From an uncultured bacterium (GTDB lineage: Bacteria; Auribacterota; Auribacteria; Auribacterales; Auribacteraceae): DNA of 64,000 nt. Shown here in pieces: positions 50,383 to 60,600 of this stretch. Every line of letters starts with the position of its first letter. The stretch's first letter is position 1. Both the position numbers and the translations under genes were made by a program. The notes under the pieces were generated by a model. The model worked only from the letters and a program-made list of their open reading frames with translations, searched no databases and was not told the origin of the DNA. The stretch spans positions 85,695-149,694 of the forward strand of contig CAYVGJ010000005.1 of the NCBI GenBank assembly GCA_964451165.1. The letters run 5' to 3'.

Positions 50383-51019
50383 TCACAAGTTCCTTAACCT
50401 TTGCCTGAACATTTTCCAAAGTATCGTCAGCGTCTATTCGTTTAATTCTGGCAGGATATTTTCTACATAAATCAAGATACCCTTCCCTAACTCTGGTATG
50501 GAACTCGATTCTCTCTTCTTCTATACGATCTTTTTCCATTGGAATAACAATATTTTCCTTTTTGTTTTCGATCCGCTCTTTGACTCTAACCAATCCGGAT
50601 TCCGGATTCATATCAAGCAGGATTGTCAGGTCAGGGTAAATCTTATTAGTTGCTATATCGTTTAACTGATTCAATATATTTATATCAAGCCCTCTTCCAT
50701 ATCCCTGATAAGCAAGGGTAGCATCGGTATATCTTGAACATATTACAATGTTACCTGCTTCAAGCTGTTTTTCTATCAGCTCGTTTACAAGCTGATACCT
50801 ACTTGCGAGAAAAAGAAACAATTCACTAAATGGCAACATCTCGCCATTTTGCGGGTCAAGAAGCATTTTTCTTATTTTCTCGCCTATATTTGTTCCTCCC
50901 GGTTCATGGGTGAGTACAACATTGTATCCCATCGAAGCAAGAAGATCGGCAAGCAATTTTGACTGGGTTGTTTTGCCGCAACCTTCCGGACCTTCAAAAG
51001 TAATAAATATACCCTTCAT
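50360..51019 (-). CDS. tmk: Thymidylate kinase
   Basis: P-loop 'FEGPEGCGKTT', 'DRY'-region and lid motifs. 219 aa. Confidence 0.9.
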   Translation of the reverse strand: MKGIFITFEGPEGCGKTTQSKLLADLLASMGYNVVLTHEPGGTNIGEKIRKMLLDPQNGEMLPFSELFLFLASRYQLVNELIEKQLEAGNIVICSRYTDATLAYQGYGRGLDINILNQLNDIATNKIYPDLTILLDMNPESGLVRVKERIENKKENIVIPMEKDRIEEERIEFHTRVREGYLDLCRKYPARIKRIDADDTLENVQAKVKELVIDVLEKV

Positions 51020-51021
51020 TA

Positions 51022-52533
51022 TTACCTCTCATCTTTCATATTTTGAAGAAAAATTGTGCCTTCTTTTGTATCTCTTATAATATAACCCAATTTGGACAAT
51101 TCATCACGTATTTTATCAGCCTGCGCAAAATCTTTGCTTCTTCTGAAGAACAATCTTTCCCAAACCAATCTCTTAACTTCATCTTTAGGATAAAAAAAGA
51201 ATGAATCAGGTGTGGATTTTACTATTTCCAGGAATTTTCCTACTTCCTCATCACCATCTTTTAACGCAGGCAATTCTTCTATGGATACAAAATTGAACAT
51301 CGATGGGTTTAAAATGATTCCAAGAATCCCGCAAACCTTCTTTACAGTATTGCATTTTACAGCCAAGTCAACATCTATCTGATTATCCATCAACTTCTGA
51401 TTCATTACCGTTACAAGCTCAAATATTACGGCAATGGCCTGCGGAGTGTTAAAATCGTCATTCATTGCCGTAAAGAATTTCCGCAACCAGATATTTTCAT
51501 CAACCTCATCCGTTTTTATTGATTTGCGTTCCAGAAGATTTTCCACAAGCCCAACAGAATTCTCTATCCGCTCCAAAGCCTGCCTTGACTCATCCAATAA
51601 ATCAAGAGAATAATCAAGAGGTACTTTATAATGGCGCGAAAGCAGGAAAAACCGCAATACCCGTGGTTCACAATGATCATAAATATCTTCAAGGGCAAAA
51701 AAGTTACCGGTCGATTTGGACATTTTTTCTTTATTGATTGTCACAAAACCATTATGTATCCAATAATCAGCAAATTTTTCGCCGGACATTGCCTCCGATT
51801 GGGCAATCTCATTCTCATGGTGTGGGAATATAAGATCCTGTCCGCCGCCATGTATATCGAAATGATCGCCAAGATATCTGCGCGACATAACCGAACACTC
51901 AATATGCCACCCCGGGCGTCCAGGCCCCCACGGGCTATCCCATGCAGGCTCATTTTCCTTCGATTTCTTCCATAAAGCGAAATCAAGCGGATCTTCTTTT
52001 GCCGCATTTACATCTATTCTGGCTCCAGATTGGAGTTCGTCCACACTTCTGCCGGAAAGTTTTCCATAATCTGAAAATTTCCGGACACGATAAAAAACAT
52101 CTCCGTCTTTTTCGTAAGCAAACCCTTTGTCAACAAGAGACTGTACAGCCTCAATTATACCGTCTATATGATCTGTCGCTTTCGGTTCGAAAGTCGGAGT
52201 GAGAACATTCATGGGAGAAAAATCTTCCCTGAATTTCAAAATAAACTTCTCTGCAAGTTCTTTCCAATTTATACCAAGCTCATTTGCACGATTAATTATT
52301 TTATCGTCAACATCAGTAAAATTACGGACAAATGTTACATTATAACCTAAAGCCATAAGATACCGGTAAATCACATCAAATATAACCACCGCTCTCGCAT
52401 GGCCAAGATGGCATCTATCATAAACCGTTACTCCGCAAACATACATTCTAACTTCACCTTCCGATATTGTAACAAATTTTTCTTTTTTCCCGGAATATGT
52501 GTTAGATATGTATAAATCACCAAATTTATTCAT
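51022..52533 (-). CDS. cysS: Cysteinyl-tRNA synthetase
   Basis: 'CGVTVYDRCHLGHAR' (HIGH plus zinc Cys), 'KMSKS' and a C-terminal DALR-2 region. Confidence 0.9.
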   Translation of the reverse strand: MNKFGDLYISNTYSGKKEKFVTISEGEVRMYVCGVTVYDRCHLGHARAVVIFDVIYRYLMALGYNVTFVRNFTDVDDKIINRANELGINWKELAEKFILKFREDFSPMNVLTPTFEPKATDHIDGIIEAVQSLVDKGFAYEKDGDVFYRVRKFSDYGKLSGRSVDELQSGARIDVNAAKEDPLDFALWKKSKENEPAWDSPWGPGRPGWHIECSVMSRRYLGDHFDIHGGGQDLIFPHHENEIAQSEAMSGEKFADYWIHNGFVTINKEKMSKSTGNFFALEDIYDHCEPRVLRFFLLSRHYKVPLDYSLDLLDESRQALERIENSVGLVENLLERKSIKTDEVDENIWLRKFFTAMNDDFNTPQAIAVIFELVTVMNQKLMDNQIDVDLAVKCNTVKKVCGILGIILNPSMFNFVSIEELPALKDGDEEVGKFLEIVKSTPDSFFFYPKDEVKRLVWERLFFRRSKDFAQADKIRDELSKLGYIIRDTKEGTIFLQNMKDER

Positions 52534-53985
52534 TTATAGCACATCCTTTATTCTGGCTTTTACCTTGTCTTTTCCTAAAAGAAGAAAGATATCTATCAAC
52601 TCAGGCCCGCAATTTTTGCCTGTCAGAGCCCATCGCAACGTATGATAAAAATCTCTCCCTTTGATAGATGTAATCGTAAAAACCTTGTTGCAAAAATCCT
52701 TAAATGTTTCCCGTGTAATATCTTTTTCCATTTGGGTTAATACATCCACAACAGCAGATAAAACCATCCTGCTTTTTTCAGAAGATAATGATTGAAGTAT
52801 CTCATCGGATAGTTCTATTTTCTTATTGAAGAAGATGCTCGCGTACTCCGCCATTTCTGAGAGATGACTGACATTCTGCCTTATTACATCAACCACATCA
52901 AGAAGATAACGGTATTCCTTCTCATCGAGGTTACTGATTTCCAGCCCGGCCCCTTTTAAATATGGTATCGTCAATTCGGTAATCCTCGACAATTCTTCAG
53001 ACCTGATATAGTTGCCTCCATACCAATCGAGTTTGTCGACATCAAAGGCGGCTATGGAAGTCCCCATGTTCTCAAGTTCAAAATTAGCTATGAGTTCTTC
53101 CATATTCATTATCTCTTTGCTTTCTTCCACAGCTGAACCCAAAGTAGCCAGATAATTTATAACCGATTCAGGGATATATCCTTTTTTCTGTAATCCGGAG
53201 ATTGAAAAATATTCGTTAAGGTCTCTTTTGCTTAAATTCTGATTATTCTTGCCTTTAATCAAACTTAAATGAGCAAACTCAGGAGGATTATATCCAAACG
53301 CTTTAAACAACAATACATGACGAGGTGTATTTGAGAGATGATCTTCTCCACGTATAACATGGGATATCTCCATCATCGCGTCATCCACACAAACCGCGAG
53401 ATGAAATGTAGGCGAATAATCCGAACGTACAACAACAAAATCGCCCATCAGGGAAGTATCAAATCTCACTTCGCCTTTAATAATATCATTGACAGCTATG
53501 ATCTCCGGTTCAACCTTAAATCTATATACCGGTTTAATACCTCTGTTCTCAAAAGAAAGTTTTTCCGCGGCTGAAAGATCTCTGCAACGATTATCATATC
53601 GTGGCGGTACACCTTTTGCCAACGCATCCTGACGCCTCTGCTCAAGTTCTTCCGGCGTACAATAACATGGATAAACTTTCCCCTCATCCATCAATTTATT
53701 AATATGTTCCATATAATATTTTGTCCGAAGAGATTGGCGGTACGGTCCGTATTTTCCGCCTTTATTCGGCCCTTCGTCCCAATCGATCTTAAGCCAGTAT
53801 AAATCCGATATTATATGTTCGATAGAATCGTCTACATTGCGCTCTTTATCGGTGTCTTCTATTCTTAAGATGAACTCGCCGTTATTTTTTTTAGCGAAAA
53901 TATAGTTAATCAGAGCAGTTCTCGCGTTACCCACATGAATAAACCCCGTCGGGCTTGGGGCAAACCGAACCCTTACTTTAGACAT
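52534..53985 (-). CDS. gltX: Glutamyl-tRNA synthetase
   Basis: 'RFAPSPTGFIHVGNARTA' HIGH region, KMSK-type 'LSKR' and a long anticodon-binding domain. 483 aa. Confidence 0.9.
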   Translation of the reverse strand: MSKVRVRFAPSPTGFIHVGNARTALINYIFAKKNNGEFILRIEDTDKERNVDDSIEHIISDLYWLKIDWDEGPNKGGKYGPYRQSLRTKYYMEHINKLMDEGKVYPCYCTPEELEQRRQDALAKGVPPRYDNRCRDLSAAEKLSFENRGIKPVYRFKVEPEIIAVNDIIKGEVRFDTSLMGDFVVVRSDYSPTFHLAVCVDDAMMEISHVIRGEDHLSNTPRHVLLFKAFGYNPPEFAHLSLIKGKNNQNLSKRDLNEYFSISGLQKKGYIPESVINYLATLGSAVEESKEIMNMEELIANFELENMGTSIAAFDVDKLDWYGGNYIRSEELSRITELTIPYLKGAGLEISNLDEKEYRYLLDVVDVIRQNVSHLSEMAEYASIFFNKKIELSDEILQSLSSEKSRMVLSAVVDVLTQMEKDITRETFKDFCNKVFTITSIKGRDFYHTLRWALTGKNCGPELIDIFLLLGKDKVKARIKDVL

Positions 53986-54466
53986 CTATACCCCCTGCAC
54001 ATTTTATTGTTGCCACAGCATAAGCCACAATTCCTTCTTCTCTTCCTACAAACCCAAGTTTTTCGGCAGTAGTGGCTTTTATGTTAACCTGATCATTCGT
54101 TATTTTACAACTATCTGCTATAATTTTCCGCATATTTTCTTTTTGCGGATTTATTTTAGGTTTCTCAGCAATCACTGTAATATCGATATTTTCTATTTCA
54201 TAATTCTTTGATCTTATTTTAGATAATACAGACTCAAGAAGTTTTACGCTTTGTATATTTTTGTATTTTTCATCCGTATCCGGAAAATGTTCACCAATAT
54301 CACCCAAAGACGCCGCGCCAAGAATAGCATCACACACGGCATGAAGCACCACATCCGCATCGGAATGCCCTTTCAAACCGCAACAAGACGGAAAAAAAAC
54401 TCCACCGAGAAAAAGGGGTTTTCTCACATCAAACGGATGAATATCACATCCAAACCCAACTCTCAT
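53978..54466 (-). CDS. ispF: 2-C-methyl-D-erythritol 2,4-cyclodiphosphate synthase
   Basis: 'GFGCDIHPF' and 'GHSDADVVLHA' zinc-binding motifs. 162 aa. Confidence 0.9.
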   Translation of the reverse strand: MRVGFGCDIHPFDVRKPLFLGGVFFPSCCGLKGHSDADVVLHAVCDAILGAASLGDIGEHFPDTDEKYKNIQSVKLLESVLSKIRSKNYEIENIDITVIAEKPKINPQKENMRKIIADSCKITNDQVNIKATTAEKLGFVGREEGIVAYAVATIKCAGGIDV

Positions 54467-55170
54467 AACTCAAATTTTTTTCTTTCCAATATTTGCCCGG
54501 CTATTATCAGGTCTACCGGAGTTGTTATCTTTATATTTTCTCTGTTGCCTTCAACAATTTTTACTTTTTTACCGGCATATTCAATAGCCATGGCTTCATC
54601 TGTTAATATTATCGATTCATCGGTATTGTAAACATTCTTATACGCATCATAGATAAGCTCGAAAGAAAACCCTTGTGGAGTTTGGATTTCCCACAATTTA
54701 TCACGAGATACGGTTTTATTTACAAACATTAAATCATCAGATTCCTTAATCGTACAAACAACAGGAACCGCGGATATAGCCGCACCATACTCTTTTGTTT
54801 TTTCATAAATATCTTTAAATAAAGATGATGAAAAAAAAGGTCTGACACCGTCGTGGACAAAAACGATATCCGGTTTTATTTCTTTTAACCTTTTTAACCC
54901 ATTGAAAACCGAATCTTGCCTGCGTTTACCCCCACAAACAATATCTTTTACTTTATCCAACCCGAACCTGTTTATAATTTCAGTTCGACAAAAATCTATT
55001 TCTTTTTCTCTGGTTACCACAATAATTCCATCGATAAAATCAAAAGATGAAATTCGCGTCAACGTATGAGCAAGTACAGGTTTACCCAGCAGAATCAGAT
55101 ATTGTTTCGCTATATCGGTTCCCATTCGGGTACCTGAGCCTGCGGCAACAACAACAGCATAATGACCCAT
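54463..55170 (-). CDS. ispD: 2-C-methyl-D-erythritol 4-phosphate cytidylyltransferase
   Basis: 'VVAAGSGTRMG' nucleotidyltransferase motif. 235 aa. Overlaps ispF by 4 nt. Confidence 0.85.
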   Translation of the reverse strand: MGHYAVVVAAGSGTRMGTDIAKQYLILLGKPVLAHTLTRISSFDFIDGIIVVTREKEIDFCRTEIINRFGLDKVKDIVCGGKRRQDSVFNGLKRLKEIKPDIVFVHDGVRPFFSSSLFKDIYEKTKEYGAAISAVPVVCTIKESDDLMFVNKTVSRDKLWEIQTPQGFSFELIYDAYKNVYNTDESIILTDEAMAIEYAGKKVKIVEGNRENIKITTPVDLIIAGQILERKKFEL

Positions 55171-55312
55171 TGAACTATTCCCGATGTTGATTTTGAATTA
55201 AGTGAAGATGATAGCAAAATATAATCATGTAATCCACAGAAATTTAAACGGGGATTTCCTTGAAAACTATCCTATCGGGTAATAAAGCTAATTTTGAATA
55301 AAACTAATTTTT

Positions 55313-55729
55313 TTAGTTTTTCTTTTTTTCTTCAGTCTCTTTCTTCAAACCGTAAATAACACCACTGCTACCGTCTGTACGCCTGAATACTCCTGCCATC
55401 AGGTTAGCGTCTTCACCGAGCTGTAGAGTGCATCTATAGACATCTTTCTGATATGAATATGTCATTTCGATAGTCGTTCTTTTTACCAATCCACTTACTC
55501 GCCCTTGCTGTGAATCATTCGCGGCTACGGTCTTTCCATCAATTCTTCCTGATGGATCCTGTGTAATTTGAAGTGTATTATCAGTAGTATTACCTTTATA
55601 CGGACCGATAAGAACCTGTGAGTGCAGTTCCCATGTCCCTTCAAGTGAACTTCCGGCATGAACAAAATTTGCGCTTGATATTAATGCCAGACTGCTGACA
55701 TAAATGAAAAAAACTCTTTTTATACTCAT
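55313..55729 (-). CDS. Small secreted protein, lipocalin-like/'GTWEL' family
   Basis: Signal peptide 'MSIKRVFFIYVSSLALISSANFVHA' and a 'LEGTWEL' motif common in small periplasmic beta-barrel (lipocalin-like/DUF) proteins. Confidence 0.5.
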   Translation of the reverse strand: MSIKRVFFIYVSSLALISSANFVHAGSSLEGTWELHSQVLIGPYKGNTTDNTLQITQDPSGRIDGKTVAANDSQQGRVSGLVKRTTIEMTYSYQKDVYRCTLQLGEDANLMAGVFRRTDGSSGVIYGLKKETEEKKKN

Positions 55730-55755
55730 ATTTTCCTCTCAGGTTATAAGTTCAG

Positions 55756-57087
55756 TTAATTTTTTTCACCATTGATATAATTTAGACAGTTTGGCTTACA
55801 CGGACATTCAAATGCAATCGGAAATTCCACAATTTTCTTCTGATTTTTCAATTCAAACAATCTCGGTACCATTTTATCCCTCAAATCTTCCGGACTGATC
55901 GGATTAACATATATTTTTGTTCCACCCTCAAAACCTGCGGGATTGTTTGTTCTCCATTTAATCATTATATGCCACGGAATATTTTCTTTGGCATCCATCG
56001 GGCTGTAATACCACTCTTCATTACAGGGAATCTGACTCCCCATAGCCGCATGACAGGCATGTACGATATCACTTATACCCCTTATCTCTTCTTTTGTATG
56101 ATCCTGCGGCATCGCGTTTTTGCTTTTTGAATATATCGCTATTGTCGGATACCTGTGCCCTACTTCCACAAAAGCTATCGCGTAATCATTTTCCGCAAAC
56201 ACAAGATTATGGTAACTCGCAAAATTAACTGCCTTTTCATTATACACATTTCTATTTTTTCTGTAAAGTTCTATTTCATCTTCCATGGCAACACCCCATT
56301 CATCTATCGCCACAAGTTGCTTATGCAAATGATCAAACGATGCTCCCGCCATCGATAACCAGTTCTGAAAAACAGAAATATAACGCACATACCTGTTCTG
56401 AGCAAATATATCTTTCATGGCATCTATTGTGAACAAGAAATACTGATAGTGTTCTTCCGGTGTTAATTCGCCTGAAGAACATAATTCGACATCATAAACA
56501 GCACCTGGTTTATAATGTTTTCCTGCAACAATAATCTCATGAGCGCCACCAAAAAAAGCATCAGCCATTTTCAGCTTTTCCTGAAGGCTGATAACTGTCC
56601 TGACTTCCTCATCGCCAATTCCAGATAACTTTAACTTCATGTTTATTATGTTTATAACATGCTCTATTCCTGCAGCAGAAGATAGATAATCGTTTTTATG
56701 CTGGATCTGATCTTTAGTCAATTCAAATCCATAATTTTTCATCCAATAATCATAAGTTACTATTTCAAAAAGATTCGGGACCCTTCTGAACTCAGCTTTT
56801 GTATTTAACAGTTCTTCTGCTTTTACATTCTTTAAAGGAACATATTTCCCATCAATTTTAACAAGCCTCGCTTTTTCAGGAGGTGTATTCAGATACTTTT
56901 TCTCACAAAAATTACAATGCCCTTCAACTTCATGTTTATCAATTTTCTTGGCGTTTCTTGGTATTTCATTTGTAATCGGTTTTTTGCCTCTTCCGGGAAC
57001 AGTCCATACTTCGGTACCGGTAAACGGATTAACCTGTTTTATGGTACCGTCAGACATTTTATAGTAAGTTTCAAACAAATTGCTCAT
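55756..57087 (-). CDS. GalT/Apa-like nucleotidyltransferase (HIT superfamily, HxHxQ branch), divergent
   Basis: N-terminal 'EGHCNFCEK' CxxC and a central 'FDHLHKQ' (H-x-H-x-Q) in a two-half-domain-sized protein (443 aa). C-terminal 'FECPCKPNC'. Confidence 0.45.
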   Translation of the reverse strand: MSNLFETYYKMSDGTIKQVNPFTGTEVWTVPGRGKKPITNEIPRNAKKIDKHEVEGHCNFCEKKYLNTPPEKARLVKIDGKYVPLKNVKAEELLNTKAEFRRVPNLFEIVTYDYWMKNYGFELTKDQIQHKNDYLSSAAGIEHVINIINMKLKLSGIGDEEVRTVISLQEKLKMADAFFGGAHEIIVAGKHYKPGAVYDVELCSSGELTPEEHYQYFLFTIDAMKDIFAQNRYVRYISVFQNWLSMAGASFDHLHKQLVAIDEWGVAMEDEIELYRKNRNVYNEKAVNFASYHNLVFAENDYAIAFVEVGHRYPTIAIYSKSKNAMPQDHTKEEIRGISDIVHACHAAMGSQIPCNEEWYYSPMDAKENIPWHIMIKWRTNNPAGFEGGTKIYVNPISPEDLRDKMVPRLFELKNQKKIVEFPIAFECPCKPNCLNYINGEKN

Positions 57088-57310
57088 TCAAATCCTCCTT
57101 AAATAATACTTTTGTAAAAAATTATTTAATTATGATACTTATATAAAATCCAAATTCAAAGAAAATTTTAAAAACATAATTATTATCGTAATTTTAAATT
57201 GAAAATTCATCATTTTTAGATAACTCTTTAATTTGACTTAATATTTTTCTTGAATGGTTGTTTTTTTTTGTTAATATTTATTTAAATATTCAACAGTGAA
57301 GAGGGAATAT

Positions 57311-57637
57311 ATGCAAATTAAAACAAGATCAAGGAATAATTGGACTATTTTTGACTTATCCGGCAAACTTAACGAAATAACATCCAAAACCTTAGCAAAC
57401 GAAGTTGAAAAAAAATTAACTGCCGGAGAAAATAAGATATTATTTAATTTTAACGAATTGGATTTTATAAATAGTTCCGGACTGGGAAGCCTCATATCTA
57501 TTTCCAAAAGAGTTAATCAGGCAAAAGGACAACTTAGATTTTATAATTTACAACCTTTTGTATCCGATTTATTCAATATCACGAAATTACACAACGTGTT
57601 CTCGATTTATTCTACCGAAGACGAAGCCGCTTCGTAA
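57311..57637 (+). CDS. STAS-domain protein (anti-sigma-factor antagonist, SpoIIAA-like)
   Basis: AGAGGG SD; 'FDLSGKLN...LDFINSSGLGSLISI' STAS consensus with the phosphorylatable Ser position in 'NSSGLG'. About 109 aa. Confidence 0.75.
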   Translation: MQIKTRSRNNWTIFDLSGKLNEITSKTLANEVEKKLTAGENKILFNFNELDFINSSGLGSLISISKRVNQAKGQLRFYNLQPFVSDLFNITKLHNVFSIYSTEDEAAS

Positions 57638-57695
57638 TAGTATATTTTTTAATTTTTTCTTTTTACGATACTTCTACATTATGCGAGATATATTT

Positions 57696-60600
57696 TCACG
57701 CGAATTCTTCTGCCATTTTCATGCGTTCATATTCACGCAAATACGCACTGCTTATTTTCTGTTTCGGCGACTGAAGCACAAGATTAACGAGTGATTGGCT
57801 GAATAAATCATCGAATAGAATATTTCCAATATTTTCGCCAAGAAGTGATTTTAATGCACCAGAGAATTCGCTTTCAAAGATTTTCAGGTTAAGATCGGGA
57901 GTCAAATTGATTTTATTATCGAGAATATAAGCTGTAATTGATTTATAAAGTATATCTTTTAATACATCGTCTTTCTGGTTAAAACCATACTGGGTTCTTA
58001 TGAAATTCAACAAATCTTCAACAGAACCGAATTTACTGAATTCGGTTTCCGATTGTTTTATCTGATCATATAACTTATTCACTTCAGGATTTTTGGTTGT
58101 ATCCTGATTATTAAACGCGAGAATTTTTGTTTTTGCCGGTAAATTTGTATACCCATTTATTGAGGCTTGTACAAATAGGTTTAATGATCCTACAAAAGTT
58201 TCAGCCATAGATTCTCCGTTCTCGTTATCGATAGAGAACCCCGGATTGACTTCCATTATCTGAACACCCAGCTGACGGGCTATTTCCCGTGCCTGCTGGT
58301 TTCCTGATTCGGTTATTAATTTGAGATTCTGGTTATTCACCGAATAGTTGTTCTGAACAAGCTGGATTAGATCCTGCATGGTTTTATTGCCATCGCCAAG
58401 GTCTTTTGCGAAAACATCCACCTGTAATTCCGTTATCCTGAGCGCAGACAACTGATCGAGAACCGCTTCAGAAGTATAATTTTCAGATACTATAACAAAT
58501 TTTACGTCTTTACCTTTATCTTTAACCATCTGTTCAATAAACTGAATTGTTTCTTTCAACATAAAGTTAGACTCATTGACAGAAATTTTTCCGTTTTGCG
58601 CAAGAGCATCAAAATTAATTACGAAAACGTAACGGTTATCGGAATTCTTCTCACTTACAAGCGGATTTATGTTACTGATAAGAAAACTTCTGATTTCATT
58701 TTTGACTTTATCGTCGGTTTTCGCTAAATCAAAAATGTTTTCTCCAAGATTATCCTTCAGCACCTGAACAAGCATCACTCTCCTGTCGGTATTGGTTTCC
58801 TGAATCTCAACCTGCGACATATAAGGCATTTTCTTTGATACAAACGAACTTATTTCCGGTTTTAACTGCGGCAATAGATTTTTCAGATCTCCACTCAAAG
58901 GCAATCCAAGATATAAATTGGCTATTATTGAGACTATCGCATTCCTTATTTCCACGGTAGATTTATCTTTCATACTTTTATATAATTCGGGGAACACCGC
59001 TTCCTGAGCGGAACTCAATTCGATAGCCTGGTCAAACAAAAGCCCTATATAACCCTTTATTTTTTCATCAAACACCCTGTTGCGCAAATCGGGTGAAGAA
59101 AGATTCTCAAGCTGTGTTAATAACCTGTCAACCACAGGATCCGCAATAAGTTTATTCTGGACAACATCGATACCTATATTCGCATCAACAGAAGCTAAAA
59201 TAGATTTTAACTTTGTCGCTGAATCCTGGTCAAGAGATGGGATAATCCGTTCAATAAATTTATCATCGAATTTAGGTGTTTTATACTCAACAACCGATGA
59301 AGATATATTTTGTGGGGATGCCGCGCCTAAAACATCAGTAATATAACTGTTAATCTTTGTCTTTAATGTGGCAACCGCCGCAAGATAATTCGCACTGTCC
59401 TTATGACCGGAAGAAAGATATGTATTGTTAACAATATCCGATATAAATTTCATAAAGATATCTACTCTGCCTTTGTTGCTTTCAACGGCTTTAAAGAATT
59501 TAGCGCCGAGTTCGTCATCGGATACTTCAGTAACACCGGATATGTTACTCAGACATATTCTCATTATTTCTTTTTCATATTTGTTTACATCCTTCATAAT
59601 CAATTCAATATTATTCGGTTTGTCCTGTGTTACGGCAAACGATTTATTCGCTTCATCTATTGTGAGTTTATCAAACAAATCAACCAGTTTCGTAAGCCCT
59701 GACTTTATCTGTTCCAGTGAAGTTATGGATGGACGTTGTATCTGATTCATCTCATCGCTTATCTTTTTCAATCCATTGGAAATATCCGCAAACGCGTCTT
59801 TAATCTGAGAATTATTTGCGATTATTTCAGCATTATCCACAGCCGATTCGCCGGCAATTATCATCCGGTACATATCGTTCACCGAAGCCAGCATTATGCG
59901 TAGAGCGTTAACAGCCTGGCTATTTTTCCGTAAATCTTCGTTATTTAAAAATTCTTGCACAGCAAAATCATTCAATATTCTTTTCAATATGAAATTGTAA
60001 CCGTACAGATCAACTTTCCGACCATTAACGGAACTATTATTTTTTAAAGAATTAAAAAATTCCTCAACAGTTACAGCAGAAACAGGATTACTCGTCTTAA
60101 ACGCTTTAAACCCGGCTGTTTCAATTAATTTATTGGAAATATCATTGAAATAATCATTCACACTGCCAATATCTTTCAAATTAAATACCAAATCAATCGC
60201 CGCCATTTCATCATCTGGAAGTTGAAACATCGCTTTTATTGATTCATTGGTTTTTAGGCTGTTAATGAATACCTCAGGATTGTCCACTCCAGCACTTTCA
60301 AGCATATTTTTAACCATAGCAAACTTCTGCGCAGACTGGCTGATATCAACTTCCGGAACAACATAAACATTACCGTTCGAATCGATTTTTAAATTCAAAT
60401 TCAGTTTGGCAACCAGACTTTTCAACACTTCAAGCTGAATATTCGAAAATTGCCCAATTAAAACAGGTTGTGTTTCAAATATCGTATCGGTAATTACGTT
60501 TCGCTGTTCCTGTAATCCTATGGCACTATTGTTAAGCCAGTCGGTCAAATTCTGTTTACTTTTTGCGATTTGCTTCAAGACCAGCTTCATGGTTTTCATT

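Noticed and set aside
51022-53985. T-box leader upstream of cysS or gltX, as in Bacillus
   Set aside because: gltX overlaps ispF, and cysS starts 1 nt after the gltX stop. There is no leader space, so a T-box is not possible here.
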